64,000 nt of DNA from an uncultured delta proteobacterium (GTDB lineage Bacteria; Myxococcota_A; Polyangia; Haliangiales; Haliangiaceae). The notes beneath the pieces are model-generated. The model was not told the DNA's origin and searched no databases. It saw only the letters and a list, made by a program, of their open reading frames with translations. The position numbers and the translations under genes were made by a program. The stretch lies in NCBI GenBank assembly GCA_963848295.1, contig CAWKDB010000011.1:640001-704000 (forward strand), given 5' to 3'. Shown piece by piece: positions 9,103 to 20,211 of this stretch. The stretch's first letter is position 1; each line of letters starts with the position of its first letter.

Positions 9103-11306
9103 GCGGCCCTCGCGGCGCGCCGCCGGCGCCACAGCACGAGCCCGCCGCCGATCACGATCCACGCGAGCGGGATCCCCGCGACCGACAGCGCGATCACCGC
9201 GCGGCGCTCGGCGTCGGTCATCACCAGGCGCAGCTGATCGGGCGTGCGCGTGTCGATCGCGATCCGCACCGGTTTGGCCGCGAGCCAGCGCACCGCCTGC
9301 GCGAGCCACAAGTCCCCGGCGGACACGCCGCTGCCGACGATCGACGTCGCGAACGACTCGGCCGAACCGAGCGCGATCACGCGATGCCCGGGATGCCCGC
9401 CGAGCGCGGCGAGCGCGACCGGGCCGGGCGGATCGTCGGGCGAGCGCGGCCGCAGCTTCGAACCTTCGACCTGGTAGCTCTGCTTGCTCGCGGTGACGAG
9501 CGCGAGGGCGCCTCCGGTCGTCGTCACCGCGCGCGGCTGATACCACAGCGTCGCGCGCCCTCCGGCGAAGCCGGCGTCGATCGGGTGCTCGGCGTAGCCG
9601 GTCGTCACCAGGATCGCGCCGGGTAGCCCGCGCAGCGCGACCTCCGGGCTCGGATCCACGACGAGCGCCGGCGGTAGGCCGAGCCCATCGGCCGCGAGCA
9701 CACCTTCGAGCCCCGTCGACGCGAGCGCGCCGGTGCCGATCGGCCTGCTCGCCGCGGCGACGAGCAGGCCCTTGCCGCGCGCGACGAACGCCTGCAGCGC
9801 GAGCGCCTCCTCGGGCGACAGCGGCGCAGACGGTCCAGTGACGATCACGACGTCGCACGCCGAGGGGATCGGCTCTGCGGTTAGATCGATCGCGAGCAGC
9901 GTCGCGCCATCACCGCGCAGACGATCGGCGACCGCGGTCCAATCCGCGTCCTGCGCCGCATGCACGTCGAACGGGAGCTCGCCGTGGCCGGTCGTCACGC
10001 ACGCGGTGTAAGGCTCGGCGGTCGCCAGCGCGGCGAGCGCGCCGGCGAGCGCGCGTTCGATCGCGACCTGCTCGACCGTCGGAGCGCCCGTCGCGCCGGA
10101 GTCGATCGTCGCGAGGTCGGGCAGATCGACGACGCGGCGCCGCCCGCCGAGCTCGACCACGACGCCCCCGTACTTCTCGAGGCTGTCGGCGGGTACGCCG
10201 GCCTCGCGCGCCGCCGCGGCAATGCCGCCGCCCAGCGCCGCCGGATCGATCCGGCGGACATGGATCGGCCCGCGCTCGGCCATGCGCGCGGCGACGCGCG
10301 AGGCCTGCTCGTACACCGGCTCGGGACCGGCGAGCGTGGGCCACACGATCGTGAGCGTCGCCGGCTCGGTGAGGCCGTCGCAGATCGCGGCGGTGCTCGG
10401 GTCGAGCGAGTTGCGGCCCGAAGCCGTGACGTCCCAGCGCGCGGGGTGGCGTGCCGCGATCACGCCTGCAAGTACCGCGATCGCGGCGACGAGCGCACAC
10501 GCGGCGAACCGCGCGCGGGATTCGCGGCGCGCGCGCCGGTCGGCGCACGCGAGCGCGATCGCGAGCGACAGCCCCGTCGCGGCGAGGCCAGCGATCAGCG
10601 CGACCGCGGGTACGGTGATCTCGCCGCGCGCGAAGCTCGCGAGCTGGCCGCGCAGCGAGCACGCCGCGAGCACCGCGGACAGGCTCGGGTGATCGCCGCC
10701 GAGCTCGGGCCACAGCGACGGCAGCTCGCCGACGAGGAAGATCCCGATCAGCGCGGCGAACCCGAGCGCGCCGGCCGCGAGCGAGGACGTCGTCGCCGCA
10801 CTCGCCGCGATCGCCCACGCGAGCAACGCCGCGCCGAGCGCGATCGCACCGGCATAGCCGCACGCGATGCTCGCGAGATCCCAGCCGCCGCCCTCGCCGC
10901 GATATGCCGCGACCACGGCGAGGTACGCGAGCGTCGGGACCCACAGCAGCGCGTACACGGCCGACGCCGCGAGCCACTTGCCGACGATCGCGGCGCGCTC
11001 GCTCGCGCCGGCGGTGACGAGCAGCTCCCAGCCGCCGGTGCGGCGCTCGTCGGCGACCGTGCGCATGCCGAGCAGCGTGATCACGACGAGCTGGAGCACC
11101 CAGGTCAGTAGCGTGCCGGACAGCTGGCCCTCGAGCAGCGCGCCGAGCGGTGCCGGCCGCTTGGGATCGGACAGGGCGCCGACGAGCCCGGCGAACGCGA
11201 GACCTTGGACGATCAGGAACAGACCGCCGACCACGTAGACGATCGGCGCGCGCAGCGTGACCGCGAGCTCGCGGCGAAACGTCCAGTACACCGCGCGCGT
11301 CGTCAT
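9099..11306 (-). CDS. GldF-like ABC permease fused to a GldG-like (ABC_transp_aux) domain
   Basis: MRTVADERRTGGWELL permease motif; RWDVTASGRNSLDPST, TTGHGE and CDVVIVTGPSAPL GldG motifs; C-terminal TM followed by WRRRR. Confidence 0.85.
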   Translation of the reverse strand: MTTRAVYWTFRRELAVTLRAPIVYVVGGLFLIVQGLAFAGLVGALSDPKRPAPLGALLEGQLSGTLLTWVLQLVVITLLGMRTVADERRTGGWELLVTAGASERAAIVGKWLAASAVYALLWVPTLAYLAVVAAYRGEGGGWDLASIACGYAGAIALGAALLAWAIAASAATTSSLAAGALGFAALIGIFLVGELPSLWPELGGDHPSLSAVLAACSLRGQLASFARGEITVPAVALIAGLAATGLSLAIALACADRRARRESRARFAACALVAAIAVLAGVIAARHPARWDVTASGRNSLDPSTAAICDGLTEPATLTIVWPTLAGPEPVYEQASRVAARMAERGPIHVRRIDPAALGGGIAAAAREAGVPADSLEKYGGVVVELGGRRRVVDLPDLATIDSGATGAPTVEQVAIERALAGALAALATAEPYTACVTTGHGELPFDVHAAQDADWTAVADRLRGDGATLLAIDLTAEPIPSACDVVIVTGPSAPLSPEEALALQAFVARGKGLLVAAASRPIGTGALASTGLEGVLAADGLGLPPALVVDPSPEVALRGLPGAILVTTGYAEHPIDAGFAGGRATLWYQPRAVTTTGGALALVTASKQSYQVEGSKLRPRSPDDPPGPVALAALGGHPGHRVIALGSAESFATSIVGSGVSAGDLWLAQAVRWLAAKPVRIAIDTRTPDQLRLVMTDAERRAVIALSVAGIPLAWIVIGGGLVLWRRRRAARAA

Positions 11307-12016
11307 GCCGAGGCGGCTCCGCCGAGCAACTGCACGACTGCGGCCTCGAGCGAGCCTTGCTCGGTCTGTTCGCGCAGCGCGGCCGGCGTCGCGACCGCGA
11401 CGAGCTCACCGCGGCGCAACACCGCGACGCGAGTCGCGAGTGGCTCGAGGTCGGTCACCGCGTGACTCGAGACCACGACCGCGCGATCGCGCGCTGCCGC
11501 GACGAGGTGCTGGCGCAGCTCGCGGACCTGGATCGGATCCATGCCGCTGGTCGGCTCGTCGAGCACGAGCAGCGGTGGCTCGCCGAGCAACGCGTCCGCC
11601 AGCCCGACGCGCTGGCGGAAGCCCTTCGACAGCGTCGCGATCCGCTGGCCGGCGCGCTCGGTGATCGCGACCGCGGCCATGACGCGTGACACTGCGGCGT
11701 CATCGCAACCCTTCAAGCGTGCCCGCAGCGTGAGGTGGGCTCGGACGTCGAGCTCGCCCGGCGCGGGCGCTTGCTCGGGCAGATAGCCGAGCCGGCGTTG
11801 CGCGCGCCCGCGCGGCGCGGCCATCGCGATCCCGTCGACCGTCACGCTGCCGGCATCGGCGTCGAGGTAGCCGGTCGCGATCCGCAGCAGCGTCGTCTTG
11901 CCCGCGCCGTTCTCGCCGACGAGCAGCACCGCTTCGCCGCGCGCGACCTCGAGCGACACGCCCGCGAGCGCGCGGCGCGCGCCGAACGCCTTCGAGATGC
12001 CGACGAGCGCGAGCAC
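11303..12016 (-). CDS. ABC transporter ATP-binding protein (GldA-like)
   Basis: Walker A GENGAGKTT; signature LSKGFRQR; Walker B LVLDEPTSGMD; H-loop VVSSH. Confidence 0.9.
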   Translation of the reverse strand: MLALVGISKAFGARRALAGVSLEVARGEAVLLVGENGAGKTTLLRIATGYLDADAGSVTVDGIAMAAPRGRAQRRLGYLPEQAPAPGELDVRAHLTLRARLKGCDDAAVSRVMAAVAITERAGQRIATLSKGFRQRVGLADALLGEPPLLVLDEPTSGMDPIQVRELRQHLVAAARDRAVVVSSHAVTDLEPLATRVAVLRRGELVAVATPAALREQTEQGSLEAAVVQLLGGAASA

Positions 12017-12067
12017 GCCGCGAAGCTTAGCGCGCCCTCGGGCCGTGCGACGGTGTAGGTTCTGCGC

Positions 12068-12493
12068 ATGTCGAGACCGGCGGCGATCGCGATCCTCGCG
12101 CTGGTGGCGGCGTGCTACGGCGCTGAGAGTGATCGCTCGTCGAGCCACGGCTCTGCAAATCGGGAGGCCCCGATCTCGGCTCGGCGGCCCACCGACAAGG
12201 CGTTCGCAGCGATGACCGCCGACGAGCGTTGCGGCGCCACGTTCGAGCGCGCAGCGCCGTGCATCGACGACGTGCTCGCCGCGTCGATCGGTCAGGCCCT
12301 CGATCCGGGCCTCGGGGCTCAGGTCGGCTCGGCGTTCGAGCGCTCTGCGCCCGCCAGCGTCAGGGAACAACGAATCATCCACCGGAACCTGTGCGCGGGC
12401 ACCCGCGAATACGCGAGCGCGTTGATGGCGTGCTGGGACCGCGTCGGCTGCAAGGCGCTCGCGGCCTGCGTCTATCCGGCCCAGCCGAAGTAA
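12068..12493 (+). CDS. Cys-containing lipoprotein (hypothetical)
   Basis: Lipobox LVAAC; several Cys residues; TAGGTT 6 nt upstream of the start. Confidence 0.6.
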   Translation: MSRPAAIAILALVAACYGAESDRSSSHGSANREAPISARRPTDKAFAAMTADERCGATFERAAPCIDDVLAASIGQALDPGLGAQVGSAFERSAPASVREQRIIHRNLCAGTREYASALMACWDRVGCKALAACVYPAQPK

Positions 12494-12496
12494 GCG

Positions 12497-14297
12497 CTAG
12501 CCGTCGCCATCGGTCGGTCGCTGGATCGGCAGGCGGATCGTGAACGTCGTGCCGCCCGGCCCTGAGTCGCAGCGGATCGTGCCGTGATGATCGTCGACGA
12601 TCTTCTTGACGATCGCGAGGCCGAGACCGGTGCCGCCCTTCTTGCCGGTCGAGAACAGCTCGAACAGCCGGCCCTGGAGCGCGGGTGGAATGCCGGCGCC
12701 GGTGTCCGCGACGGACCACACGAGCTCGTCGCCTTCGCGCTCGATCTTGACGCGGAGGTGGCCGCCCTCGGGCATCGCGTCGATCGCGTTGCTCGCGAGG
12801 TTGTGGAACACGCGCAGAAACTTCTGTTCGTCGAAGTAGGCGACGCCGTCGAACTTCATGTCGACTGCGAAGTCGATGCCGCGGCCGCTCGTCGCCGCCC
12901 CGAGCTGCGTCGTCAGCTCCTCGACGAACCGGTTGACGTAGACCTTGCGGACCACGAGGTCGGTGTCGCCGCGCGCGAACGTCAGCACCTCGCGCGTCAT
13001 GCCGGCGAGCAGATCGAACTGGCGTTGGATCTGCTCGACGTACTTGTCGCGTTGCTCCGCTTCGTCCGCCGCCGCCATCAGCTGCGCGTAGCCCGAGATG
13101 ATCGTCATCGGCGTCTTCAGATCGTGCAACAGGCCCGCGAGCATCTGGCCGATCGACGCGAGGCGATCGCGGCTCTCTTGTTCGCTGCGCCGGCGCGCGC
13201 GCCCGATCGCGCCGGCGGCTTGCGCGGCGATCAGCACGAGCAGCTTGAGATCGTCGTCGGCCCAAGCGCCTTCTCCATCGCGCACGCGCTTGCGTTGATC
13301 GATGATCTCGATGCCGCCGATCACGTCGTCGCCGTCGATCAACGGCGCGACCATCAGGTGTTGCGGCACGACGCCGGCTTCGCGCGCGACATCCGCGGCG
13401 TGGCGCGGATCGTTCGCCGGATCGGCGACGACCAGCGGCGTGCGATGGGCGATCGACCAGCCGAGGATCCCGGTGCCGTGCGGCAGCGTGCGCTCGATCA
13501 GCCGCGGCGCCGCCGGACCTTGCACGGTGCGAAACCGGAGCGCGCCGTCGGCTTCGTTGAGCGCGATCGAGCCGGCGCCGCCGCCGAGCACGGCGATCGC
13601 GCGCGCGAGGATACGCGACAGCAAGTCGTCGAGATCGAACGCGACCACGAGCTCTTTCTCGACCTGATACAGCGCATCGAGCTCGCGGCTGCGCCGTTCG
13701 AGGTCGCGCCGCGCGTGGACGAGCTCTTGGTTTTGCGTGACCAGCGAGTGATACAGCCGGGCGTTCTCGATCGCGATCGCGGCTTGGCTCGCGAGCGCGG
13801 TCATCAGATCTTCGTCGGCCGCGGTGAACGGGCCATCGTGCTTGTTCAGCACCTGCAGCACGCCGACGAGCACGCCGAGCGCACCGAGCATCGGCACGCT
13901 GAGGATCGACCGCGTGCGATAGCCGCTCTTCAAGTCGAACGCCGGCTGGAACCGTTGATCGGCGTACGCGTCGGGGATGTTCGTCACCTCGCGGGTCTGC
14001 GCGACCCACCCGGCAACGCCCTCGCCGAGCGCGAGCTTGATCTCGACCGCCGCGCCGCCCTGCACGACCTTCGACCACAGGTGTTGACCGTCCTCGGTCA
14101 AGAGGTACAGCGTCGACCGATCCGCTTCCATCAAAGCGGTCGTCTTCTCCATGATCAGACGCGAGCAGCGCGTCGAGCTCGCCCACCGTCGACAGCGCCC
14201 GGCTGACATCCTGGACGAGCGCGAACTTCTTCTGCTCGCGGGTCAGGGCGGCTTCGAGCGCGTGAGGCGCGCTTGCCAATCCCTGACCATCCGACAT
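12497..14297 (-). CDS. GAF-GAF sensor histidine kinase, interrupted by a +1 frameshift near 14160 (probably a sequence error)
   Basis: The N-terminus MSDGQG...ELDALL continues in another frame as LIMEKTT; two GAF domains; H-box [10 protein letters not shown]1 and G2 boxes ([21 protein letters not shown]). Confidence 0.88.
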
Positions 14298-14353
14298 GTC
14301 GGCCATCGTACACGACCACGCGGCGCGCTGCCCGTCGCTGCGCGCGCCGGACC

Positions 14354-15622
14354 CTACTCCATGCCGCGGCGGCGCAGGTCGTCCTCGTCCAGGCCCTCGA
14401 GGTGGCCGATCTCGTGCAACAGCGTGTCGCGGATCTGCTCGCTGAGCTCGGCGCGGGTCTTGACCGCGCGCGCGAGGTTCTTGCGATAGAGCACGATCGA
14501 CGGCGGGTCCTCGCCGGGCGCGACCGCGCGTCCGACCGGCCCGCGGTAGAGCCCGAGGATCGTCGGCGGGAACGGCGGGCTGACCGCCTTGAGATCCGCT
14601 GGATCCGGTAAGTCGGAGATCTCGATCTTGATCGCGCGAACCCGCGCGCGCCGGTCCGCCGGCAGCGCGTTCACGTCGTCGTCGACCTCGCGCTGGAACT
14701 CGTCGAACGACACCATCACCGCGGGCGAGATCTCGTTCGGCGCGAGCTCGATCGCGCGGTGGAGCTCGACCTCGGCGTCGGTCTGATCCCCGAGCTGCTC
14801 GAGCGTGAGCCCGTACATCTGGTGGGTATACGCATCGTCGGGCTGCAGGCCGAGCGCCTTCTCGAACGCGGCCTTGGCCTCGGCGAACCGGGACAGATCG
14901 AACAGCGCGACGCCCTTCTCGTGGAGCGCGTCACCGCGCGCCGGTGCGAGGTGCAAGGCCGCGTCGATCCGCTCGAGCGCCTCGTCGCTGCGTCCGAGGT
15001 CGTTGAGCGCTTGACCCTCGAGGATCGCGAGATCAGCCGCGAGTGGCGCGTTGCGCCGGCGTCGGGCGAGCGCCCGGCGGCTGCCGCGCTGTGCGAGCTC
15101 GAGGCCGAGCCGGATCGCGTCGCGACCGCGCTCGCCCTTGCCGTTGATGTAGAAGTCGGAGACCGCGCGCAGCGTCTCCGGGTCGTCGGGATCGAGCGCG
15201 AGCGCGAGCGAGTACGCGGTCTGCGCATCGGCGTCGCGACCGAGCGCGGCGAGCGCGGCTCCGCGCAGGTGCTGGGCCTCGACCGAGTCTGGCGCGAGAT
15301 CGGCGGCCCGATCCGCGCAGGTCCACGCCGCAGAGTAGGCGGCCTGTTCGATCTGCTTCTCGGCTTCATCGAGCAGAGCCGACAACCGGGTGTCGTCGTC
15401 CGCGGTGTCCGGAATCTTCGCCGGACACTCCACCACCTGCTCTTCGTGGTGCGGGCGGACCACCGCGCCTTCGACCATGCTGCCGGGTTTCGATGGCACG
15501 GGCGCCGCGGTCGCCGCGGCTGCATTCGCGGTCGGCGCGGCACTGGCGGTGCGCTTGTCGGGCGCGGTCGACTGCCCGCCACAAGCGGCGACGACGGCGA
15601 CCAGCGCGACAGCGATCCGCAT
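14354..15622 (-). CDS. TPR-repeat lipoprotein with a C-terminal minimal zincin (Zincin_1-like) metallopeptidase domain
   Basis: Lipobox VVAAC; TPR helices; ILGLYRG, IVLYRKNL and DTLLHEIGHLEGLDEDDL. Confidence 0.88.
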   Translation of the reverse strand: MRIAVALVAVVAACGGQSTAPDKRTASAAPTANAAAATAAPVPSKPGSMVEGAVVRPHHEEQVVECPAKIPDTADDDTRLSALLDEAEKQIEQAAYSAAWTCADRAADLAPDSVEAQHLRGAALAALGRDADAQTAYSLALALDPDDPETLRAVSDFYINGKGERGRDAIRLGLELAQRGSRRALARRRRNAPLAADLAILEGQALNDLGRSDEALERIDAALHLAPARGDALHEKGVALFDLSRFAEAKAAFEKALGLQPDDAYTHQMYGLTLEQLGDQTDAEVELHRAIELAPNEISPAVMVSFDEFQREVDDDVNALPADRRARVRAIKIEISDLPDPADLKAVSPPFPPTILGLYRGPVGRAVAPGEDPPSIVLYRKNLARAVKTRAELSEQIRDTLLHEIGHLEGLDEDDLRRRGME

Positions 15623-15764
15623 CAGCGCAAGGATACCCTCGGTCGGGCTGCCACGCGAAACCTGCTACCCGCTTCAAGCGAAAGGGAGCGTTTTTCCCCG
15701 CCGCCGCCACCGTAGCCTCGCCAACCGCGCTCTCGCGCCGCGGCTTGGTGTTACGGTACGAGCG

Positions 15765-16328
15765 ATGACGGCCGGCACCGAGATCTGGCATGTCGTGGAA
15801 GCTCGGCGCGACGATGGCGCGCCCACCACGTTCCGCATCCGCGAGCTCGAACCGAACGCGGAGCTCGCGACGATCTTCGTCGCCGAGCTGACTTACCCGA
15901 CGACCGAGCTGTCGCGGATGCCCTGCGCCGCCGACTACCGCGCCCTCGCCCGCTTCGAAGACGAGTGGTTGCGACCAGCGTGTGCGGCGCTGGGGTGGGT
16001 TCCAGTAGGTGTGAAGATCGAAGATGGCTCGTTCTTCATCTACGCCTATGGCTCTGGCGATCCCCGGTCGTTTGCCGAGAAGCTCGGTGGGTTCGGCGCC
16101 ACCCTCGTGTTCTACGACGACCACGATCCCGACTGGGGCGAGTACGCGACGCTGCGCGAGCTGCTCGAGCAAGCTCAGACGATCGAGCCCGAGCCGCCGC
16201 ATGCGGCCAAGGCCAAGCCGAAGGCGACGACGCCGATCGCCAAGCCGAAGCCGAAGCCGAAGGTCAAACCGAAGCGAGCCGCAAAGCCGAAACCCAAGGC
16301 GAAGGCGAAGCGCAAGGAGTCGCGCTAG
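15765..16328 (+). CDS. DUF695-like protein with a Lys/Pro-rich basic tail
   Basis: MP...DYRALARFED and DPDWGEY motifs; KPKPKPK tail. Confidence 0.6.
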   Translation: MTAGTEIWHVVEARRDDGAPTTFRIRELEPNAELATIFVAELTYPTTELSRMPCAADYRALARFEDEWLRPACAALGWVPVGVKIEDGSFFIYAYGSGDPRSFAEKLGGFGATLVFYDDHDPDWGEYATLRELLEQAQTIEPEPPHAAKAKPKATTPIAKPKPKPKVKPKRAAKPKPKAKAKRKESR

Positions 16329-19078
16329 GCGTCGGCCCAGGTCGGGCCGTGGCCGACGTCGACCTCGATCGGGACGTCGAGCTTGTAGACGTTCTCCATC
16401 TCGTGCTTGATCGCGGCGCTGACCTCGTCGGCGATCCGCGGCGGTGATTCGAACACCAGCTCGTCATGGACGGTGAGCAGCATCTGCACCGGCCAGCGCT
16501 CCTTCGCGATCCGCTCGGCGGTGCGCAGCATGGCGAGCTTGATCAGATCGGCGCCCGTGCCTTGCATCGGCGTGTTCTGAGCGACGCGCTCGGCGGCATG
16601 GCGTGCCGCCGGGCTCTTCGACATCAAATTCGGGATCGGCCGCCACCTGCCGAGCACCGTGCGAGCCCCGCCCTGCGCGCGCGCGACCGCGACGATGTCA
16701 TCCATGAACTTGTGGATCGTCGGGAACCGCTGAAAGTACCGCCGCGAGTACTCGGCCGCCTGCGAGCGCGAGACGTCGAGCGCCTTCGCGAGCCCGAAGT
16801 CGCTCTGGCCGTAGCTCAGGCCGTAGTTGACCGCCTTGGCGACCCGACGTTGCTCCGGCGTCACCGCTTCGCGCGCGACCCCAAACACCTCGGCGGCGGT
16901 CTGGGCGTGAACGTCGACGCGATCGCGAAACGCGCCGGACAACACCGGATCGCCGGACAGGTGGGCCAGGATCCGCAGCTCGATCTGCGAGTAATCGGCC
17001 GCGATCAACACGCACCCGGGAGCCGCGACAAACCCGCGGCGGATCCGCGCGCCGAGCTCGCTGCGAATCGGAATGTTCTGGAGGTTCGGATCCTGCGACG
17101 AGATCCGGCCGGTCTCGGCGACGACCTGGTTGAACGTCGTGTGGACGCGGCCGGTCTTCGGATAGATCAACGGCGGCAACGCATCGAGATAGGTGCCCTT
17201 GAGCTTCGAGATCTCGCGGTGCTCGAGGATCGGGGCGATGATCGGGTGGTCGAGCTGCTCGAGCGTGTCGGCCTCGGTCGACCAGCCGGTCTTCGTGCGG
17301 CGCACGCCCTTGGTGTCGAGCCGCAGCTTCTCGAACAACAGCTCGCCGAGCTGTTTCGGCGAGCCGACGTTGAGGTGCATGCCGGCGAGCTCGAAGATCT
17401 GGCGCTCGAGCTCGACGAGCTTCGCGCCGACCTCGGTCGACAGCGCCTTGAAGTGCGCGACGTCGATGTGGATGCCGACCCGCTCGACCTGCGCGAGCAG
17501 CTTCGCGACCGGGAGCTCGATGTCGCGATAGAGCGGTGCGAGCCCACCGGCGCCGAGTCGTTCCGGCAGCTCGCTCGCGATCGGCAACAGCGCGTTCGCG
17601 ATCGCGCCCGCCCACGGCGCCGCCCGTTCGACCGCGACCGCTTCGAGGCTGTGCTTGCCGCGCCCGGCGAGCGTCGCGCGCTCTGGCAACAATACGCCGG
17701 CGAGCCGCTGCGCGACCGCTTCGCCGGGCTCGGCCTCGGCGGTCGGATCGAGCAAGAATGCCGCGAGCATCGTATCGTCGACGACCCCCGACACCGTGAC
17801 GCCGATATCCGCGAACGCGCGGATCACCATCTTCGCGTCGTGGCAGACCTTGCCGATCGTCGGATCGCCGAGCACCTGATAGATCGGCGCGAGATCGACG
17901 TCGGGTGGCGGCGCGGGCGCCCCGATGTAGCGGTGCGCGAGCGGGATGTACGCCGGCGATCGCCCGGGCACCGAGATCACGATCGCGACCATGCGCGCGC
18001 GCTCGGCGCGCTCGGGATCGAGCTCGACCAGGAGGCCGATCTTGTCCGCCGTGCGCACCGAATCGGCGAGCTCGATGATCGCGACCGGGCCGGTGATGAT
18101 CCGCGTGTCTCGCGCGGCGGCGACGGTCGCGACCTGGGTCGCCTCGGGCGCGGGCACGATCACCACGTCGTCGCCCGGCGGCATCCGGATCTTGACCTTG
18201 TCGACGAGCAGCGCGAACTCGAGCTCGGTAAAGAGCTGGAGCAGCTCCTCGAGGTTCCACGAGCCCGCGACGAGATCCTCGAGCTTCGTCGGCAGCGGCA
18301 CGTTGCGACGGAGCTCGACGAGCTGGCGCGACATCATCACGCGTTGCAGTTGCTCGGGATCGCTGAACGGGTGCTTGACCGCGAGGCGCGGCACCGGCGG
18401 ATCTGCCGCGATCAGCTGCTCGAGCGTGCCGTAGCGATCGAGCAACGTCGCCGCGGTCTTGTCGCCGACGCCCTTGATGCCGGGGACGTTGTCGCTCGTG
18501 TCGCCGACGAGCGCGAGAAAGTCCGGAATCTTTTCCGGCGGCACGCCCATCTTCTTGATGACCTCTTCGCGCGTATACGTCTTCTGGTGCAGCGCATCGA
18601 TCATCGTGACGCCGTCGCCGATGAGCTGCATCATGTCCTTGTCGGCGGAGTACATGACGACGTCCCAGCCCCGCTGGCGCGCCTCGGTCACGAGCGTCGC
18701 GATCACGTCGTCGGCCTCGACCCCGGCCACCGCGATCGTGGGCCAGCCGAGCCCCGCGACGATCTTCGCGAAGTAGTCCATCTGGATCACGAGCTCTTCC
18801 GGGGTGTCCTTGCGGTTCGCCTTGTACTGCGCGTACATCTCGGAGCGGAACGTGCGCTTGCCGGACTTGTCGTCGAACACGACCACGATCCGCTCGGGGT
18901 GCGTGTCCTCTTCGAGCCGCATCAGCATCCGCGCGAACACGTAGAGCGCGCCGGTCGGCATGCCCTCCGCCGTCGACAACCTGACCTCTTTGCGCTCGCC
19001 GCGCGAGACGTTCATCAGTCCGTAGTGCGCGCGAAAGATGTAGCCGTGGCCATCGACGATGTAGAGGCGCTCCGGCAC
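16325..19078 (-). CDS. polA: DNA polymerase I
   Basis: 5'-3' exonuclease (VDGHGYIFRAHY, EADDVI, GDTSDNVPG); Pol A motifs ADYSQIELR, KAVNYGLSYG and VHDEL. Confidence 0.97.
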   Translation of the reverse strand: MPERLYIVDGHGYIFRAHYGLMNVSRGERKEVRLSTAEGMPTGALYVFARMLMRLEEDTHPERIVVVFDDKSGKRTFRSEMYAQYKANRKDTPEELVIQMDYFAKIVAGLGWPTIAVAGVEADDVIATLVTEARQRGWDVVMYSADKDMMQLIGDGVTMIDALHQKTYTREEVIKKMGVPPEKIPDFLALVGDTSDNVPGIKGVGDKTAATLLDRYGTLEQLIAADPPVPRLAVKHPFSDPEQLQRVMMSRQLVELRRNVPLPTKLEDLVAGSWNLEELLQLFTELEFALLVDKVKIRMPPGDDVVIVPAPEATQVATVAAARDTRIITGPVAIIELADSVRTADKIGLLVELDPERAERARMVAIVISVPGRSPAYIPLAHRYIGAPAPPPDVDLAPIYQVLGDPTIGKVCHDAKMVIRAFADIGVTVSGVVDDTMLAAFLLDPTAEAEPGEAVAQRLAGVLLPERATLAGRGKHSLEAVAVERAAPWAGAIANALLPIASELPERLGAGGLAPLYRDIELPVAKLLAQVERVGIHIDVAHFKALSTEVGAKLVELERQIFELAGMHLNVGSPKQLGELLFEKLRLDTKGVRRTKTGWSTEADTLEQLDHPIIAPILEHREISKLKGTYLDALPPLIYPKTGRVHTTFNQVVAETGRISSQDPNLQNIPIRSELGARIRRGFVAAPGCVLIAADYSQIELRILAHLSGDPVLSGAFRDRVDVHAQTAAEVFGVAREAVTPEQRRVAKAVNYGLSYGQSDFGLAKALDVSRSQAAEYSRRYFQRFPTIHKFMDDIVAVARAQGGARTVLGRWRPIPNLMSKSPAARHAAERVAQNTPMQGTGADLIKLAMLRTAERIAKERWPVQMLLTVHDELVFESPPRIADEVSAAIKHEMENVYKLDVPIEVDVGHGPTWADA

Positions 19079-19107
19079 GCCCGCACTCTAGCGTGTAAGA
19101 TGACGGC

Positions 19108-20160
19108 ATGCACCGGATCGTCGTCGACGCTATGGGTGGCGATCACGCGCCGGACGAGATCGTCGCTGGTGCCGCCGAGGCGTCGCTCGCGTTGCCGGGC
19201 TCCGAGATCATCCTCGTCGGCGACGCCGCGGTGCTTGGCCGACTGTTGCCACGGCTGCGCCACGACGGCGCGCGCGTCCGGGTTCACCATGCGCCGAGCT
19301 TCGTCGAGATGGACGAAAAGCCATCCGAGGCGCTCGCGGCCAAGCCCGAAGCGTCGATCGCGGTCGCCGCGGACTTGGTGGCGCGCGGCGAAGGCGATGC
19401 GCTGGTCTCGGCCGGCAACACCGGCGCGTCGGTGCTCGCGTGCGCGCGGCGCTGGCCGTTGCTCGACGGCGTGCGCCGGGCCGCGCTCGCGGCCGTCTAT
19501 CCGACCGAGCTCCGCCGCGGCGAGAAAGACGACCCGTTCTCGCTGATCCTCGACGTCGGTGCGACGATCGACGCGACACCCGAGGATCTCGTCGGGTTCG
19601 CGGTGATGGGCTCGGCGTATGCGAAGCTCGTGTCGCAAAACCGTCGCCCCCGCGTCGCGCTGCTGTCGAACGGCAGCGAAGCCGGCAAAGGACCGCCCGA
19701 GATCGTCGCCGCGCACACCGCGCTCGTCGAGGCGACCGAGCTCAACTTCATCGGCAACATCGAGGGCGTCGACATCCCGCGCGGCGTCGCCGATGTCGTG
19801 GTCACGAGCGGGTTCGTCGGCAACGTCGTGCTCAAGATGCTCGAGGGTGTGTCCGAGACGGTCGTCAGGCTCGCGCGCTACGCGCACAAGGAGCGGCTCG
19901 CGTGGCGACTCGGGTTGCTCGCGCTGTCGTCTGCGATCGACCAGCTCAAGAGCATCACCGACTGGCAGCAATACGGCGGCGCGCCGCTCTTGGGGTTCGC
20001 GCATCCGTTCATCAAGGCGCACGGTCGCTCGAACGCGCGCGCGGTCCAGAACGCGATCAAGGTCGCGCACAAGGCGCTCGCCGGCAACCTCACCGGCAAC
20101 ATCGCGCGCACGATGGCCGAGCTCGATGACCGCGCGAAGCGACGCGCCGCGGGCGAGTAG
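19108..20160 (+). CDS. plsX: Phosphate acyltransferase PlsX
   Basis: VDAMGGDHAP, VSAGNTGA, NFIGNIEG, GFVGNVVLK, YGGAPLLG and KAHGRS. Confidence 0.95.
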   Translation: MHRIVVDAMGGDHAPDEIVAGAAEASLALPGSEIILVGDAAVLGRLLPRLRHDGARVRVHHAPSFVEMDEKPSEALAAKPEASIAVAADLVARGEGDALVSAGNTGASVLACARRWPLLDGVRRAALAAVYPTELRRGEKDDPFSLILDVGATIDATPEDLVGFAVMGSAYAKLVSQNRRPRVALLSNGSEAGKGPPEIVAAHTALVEATELNFIGNIEGVDIPRGVADVVVTSGFVGNVVLKMLEGVSETVVRLARYAHKERLAWRLGLLALSSAIDQLKSITDWQQYGGAPLLGFAHPFIKAHGRSNARAVQNAIKVAHKALAGNLTGNIARTMAELDDRAKRRAAGE

Positions 20161-20211
20161 CGCGATCGCCGGCGAGCTCGGCGCGCCTCAGCCGCCCAGG
20201 CCGGTCGGAGC

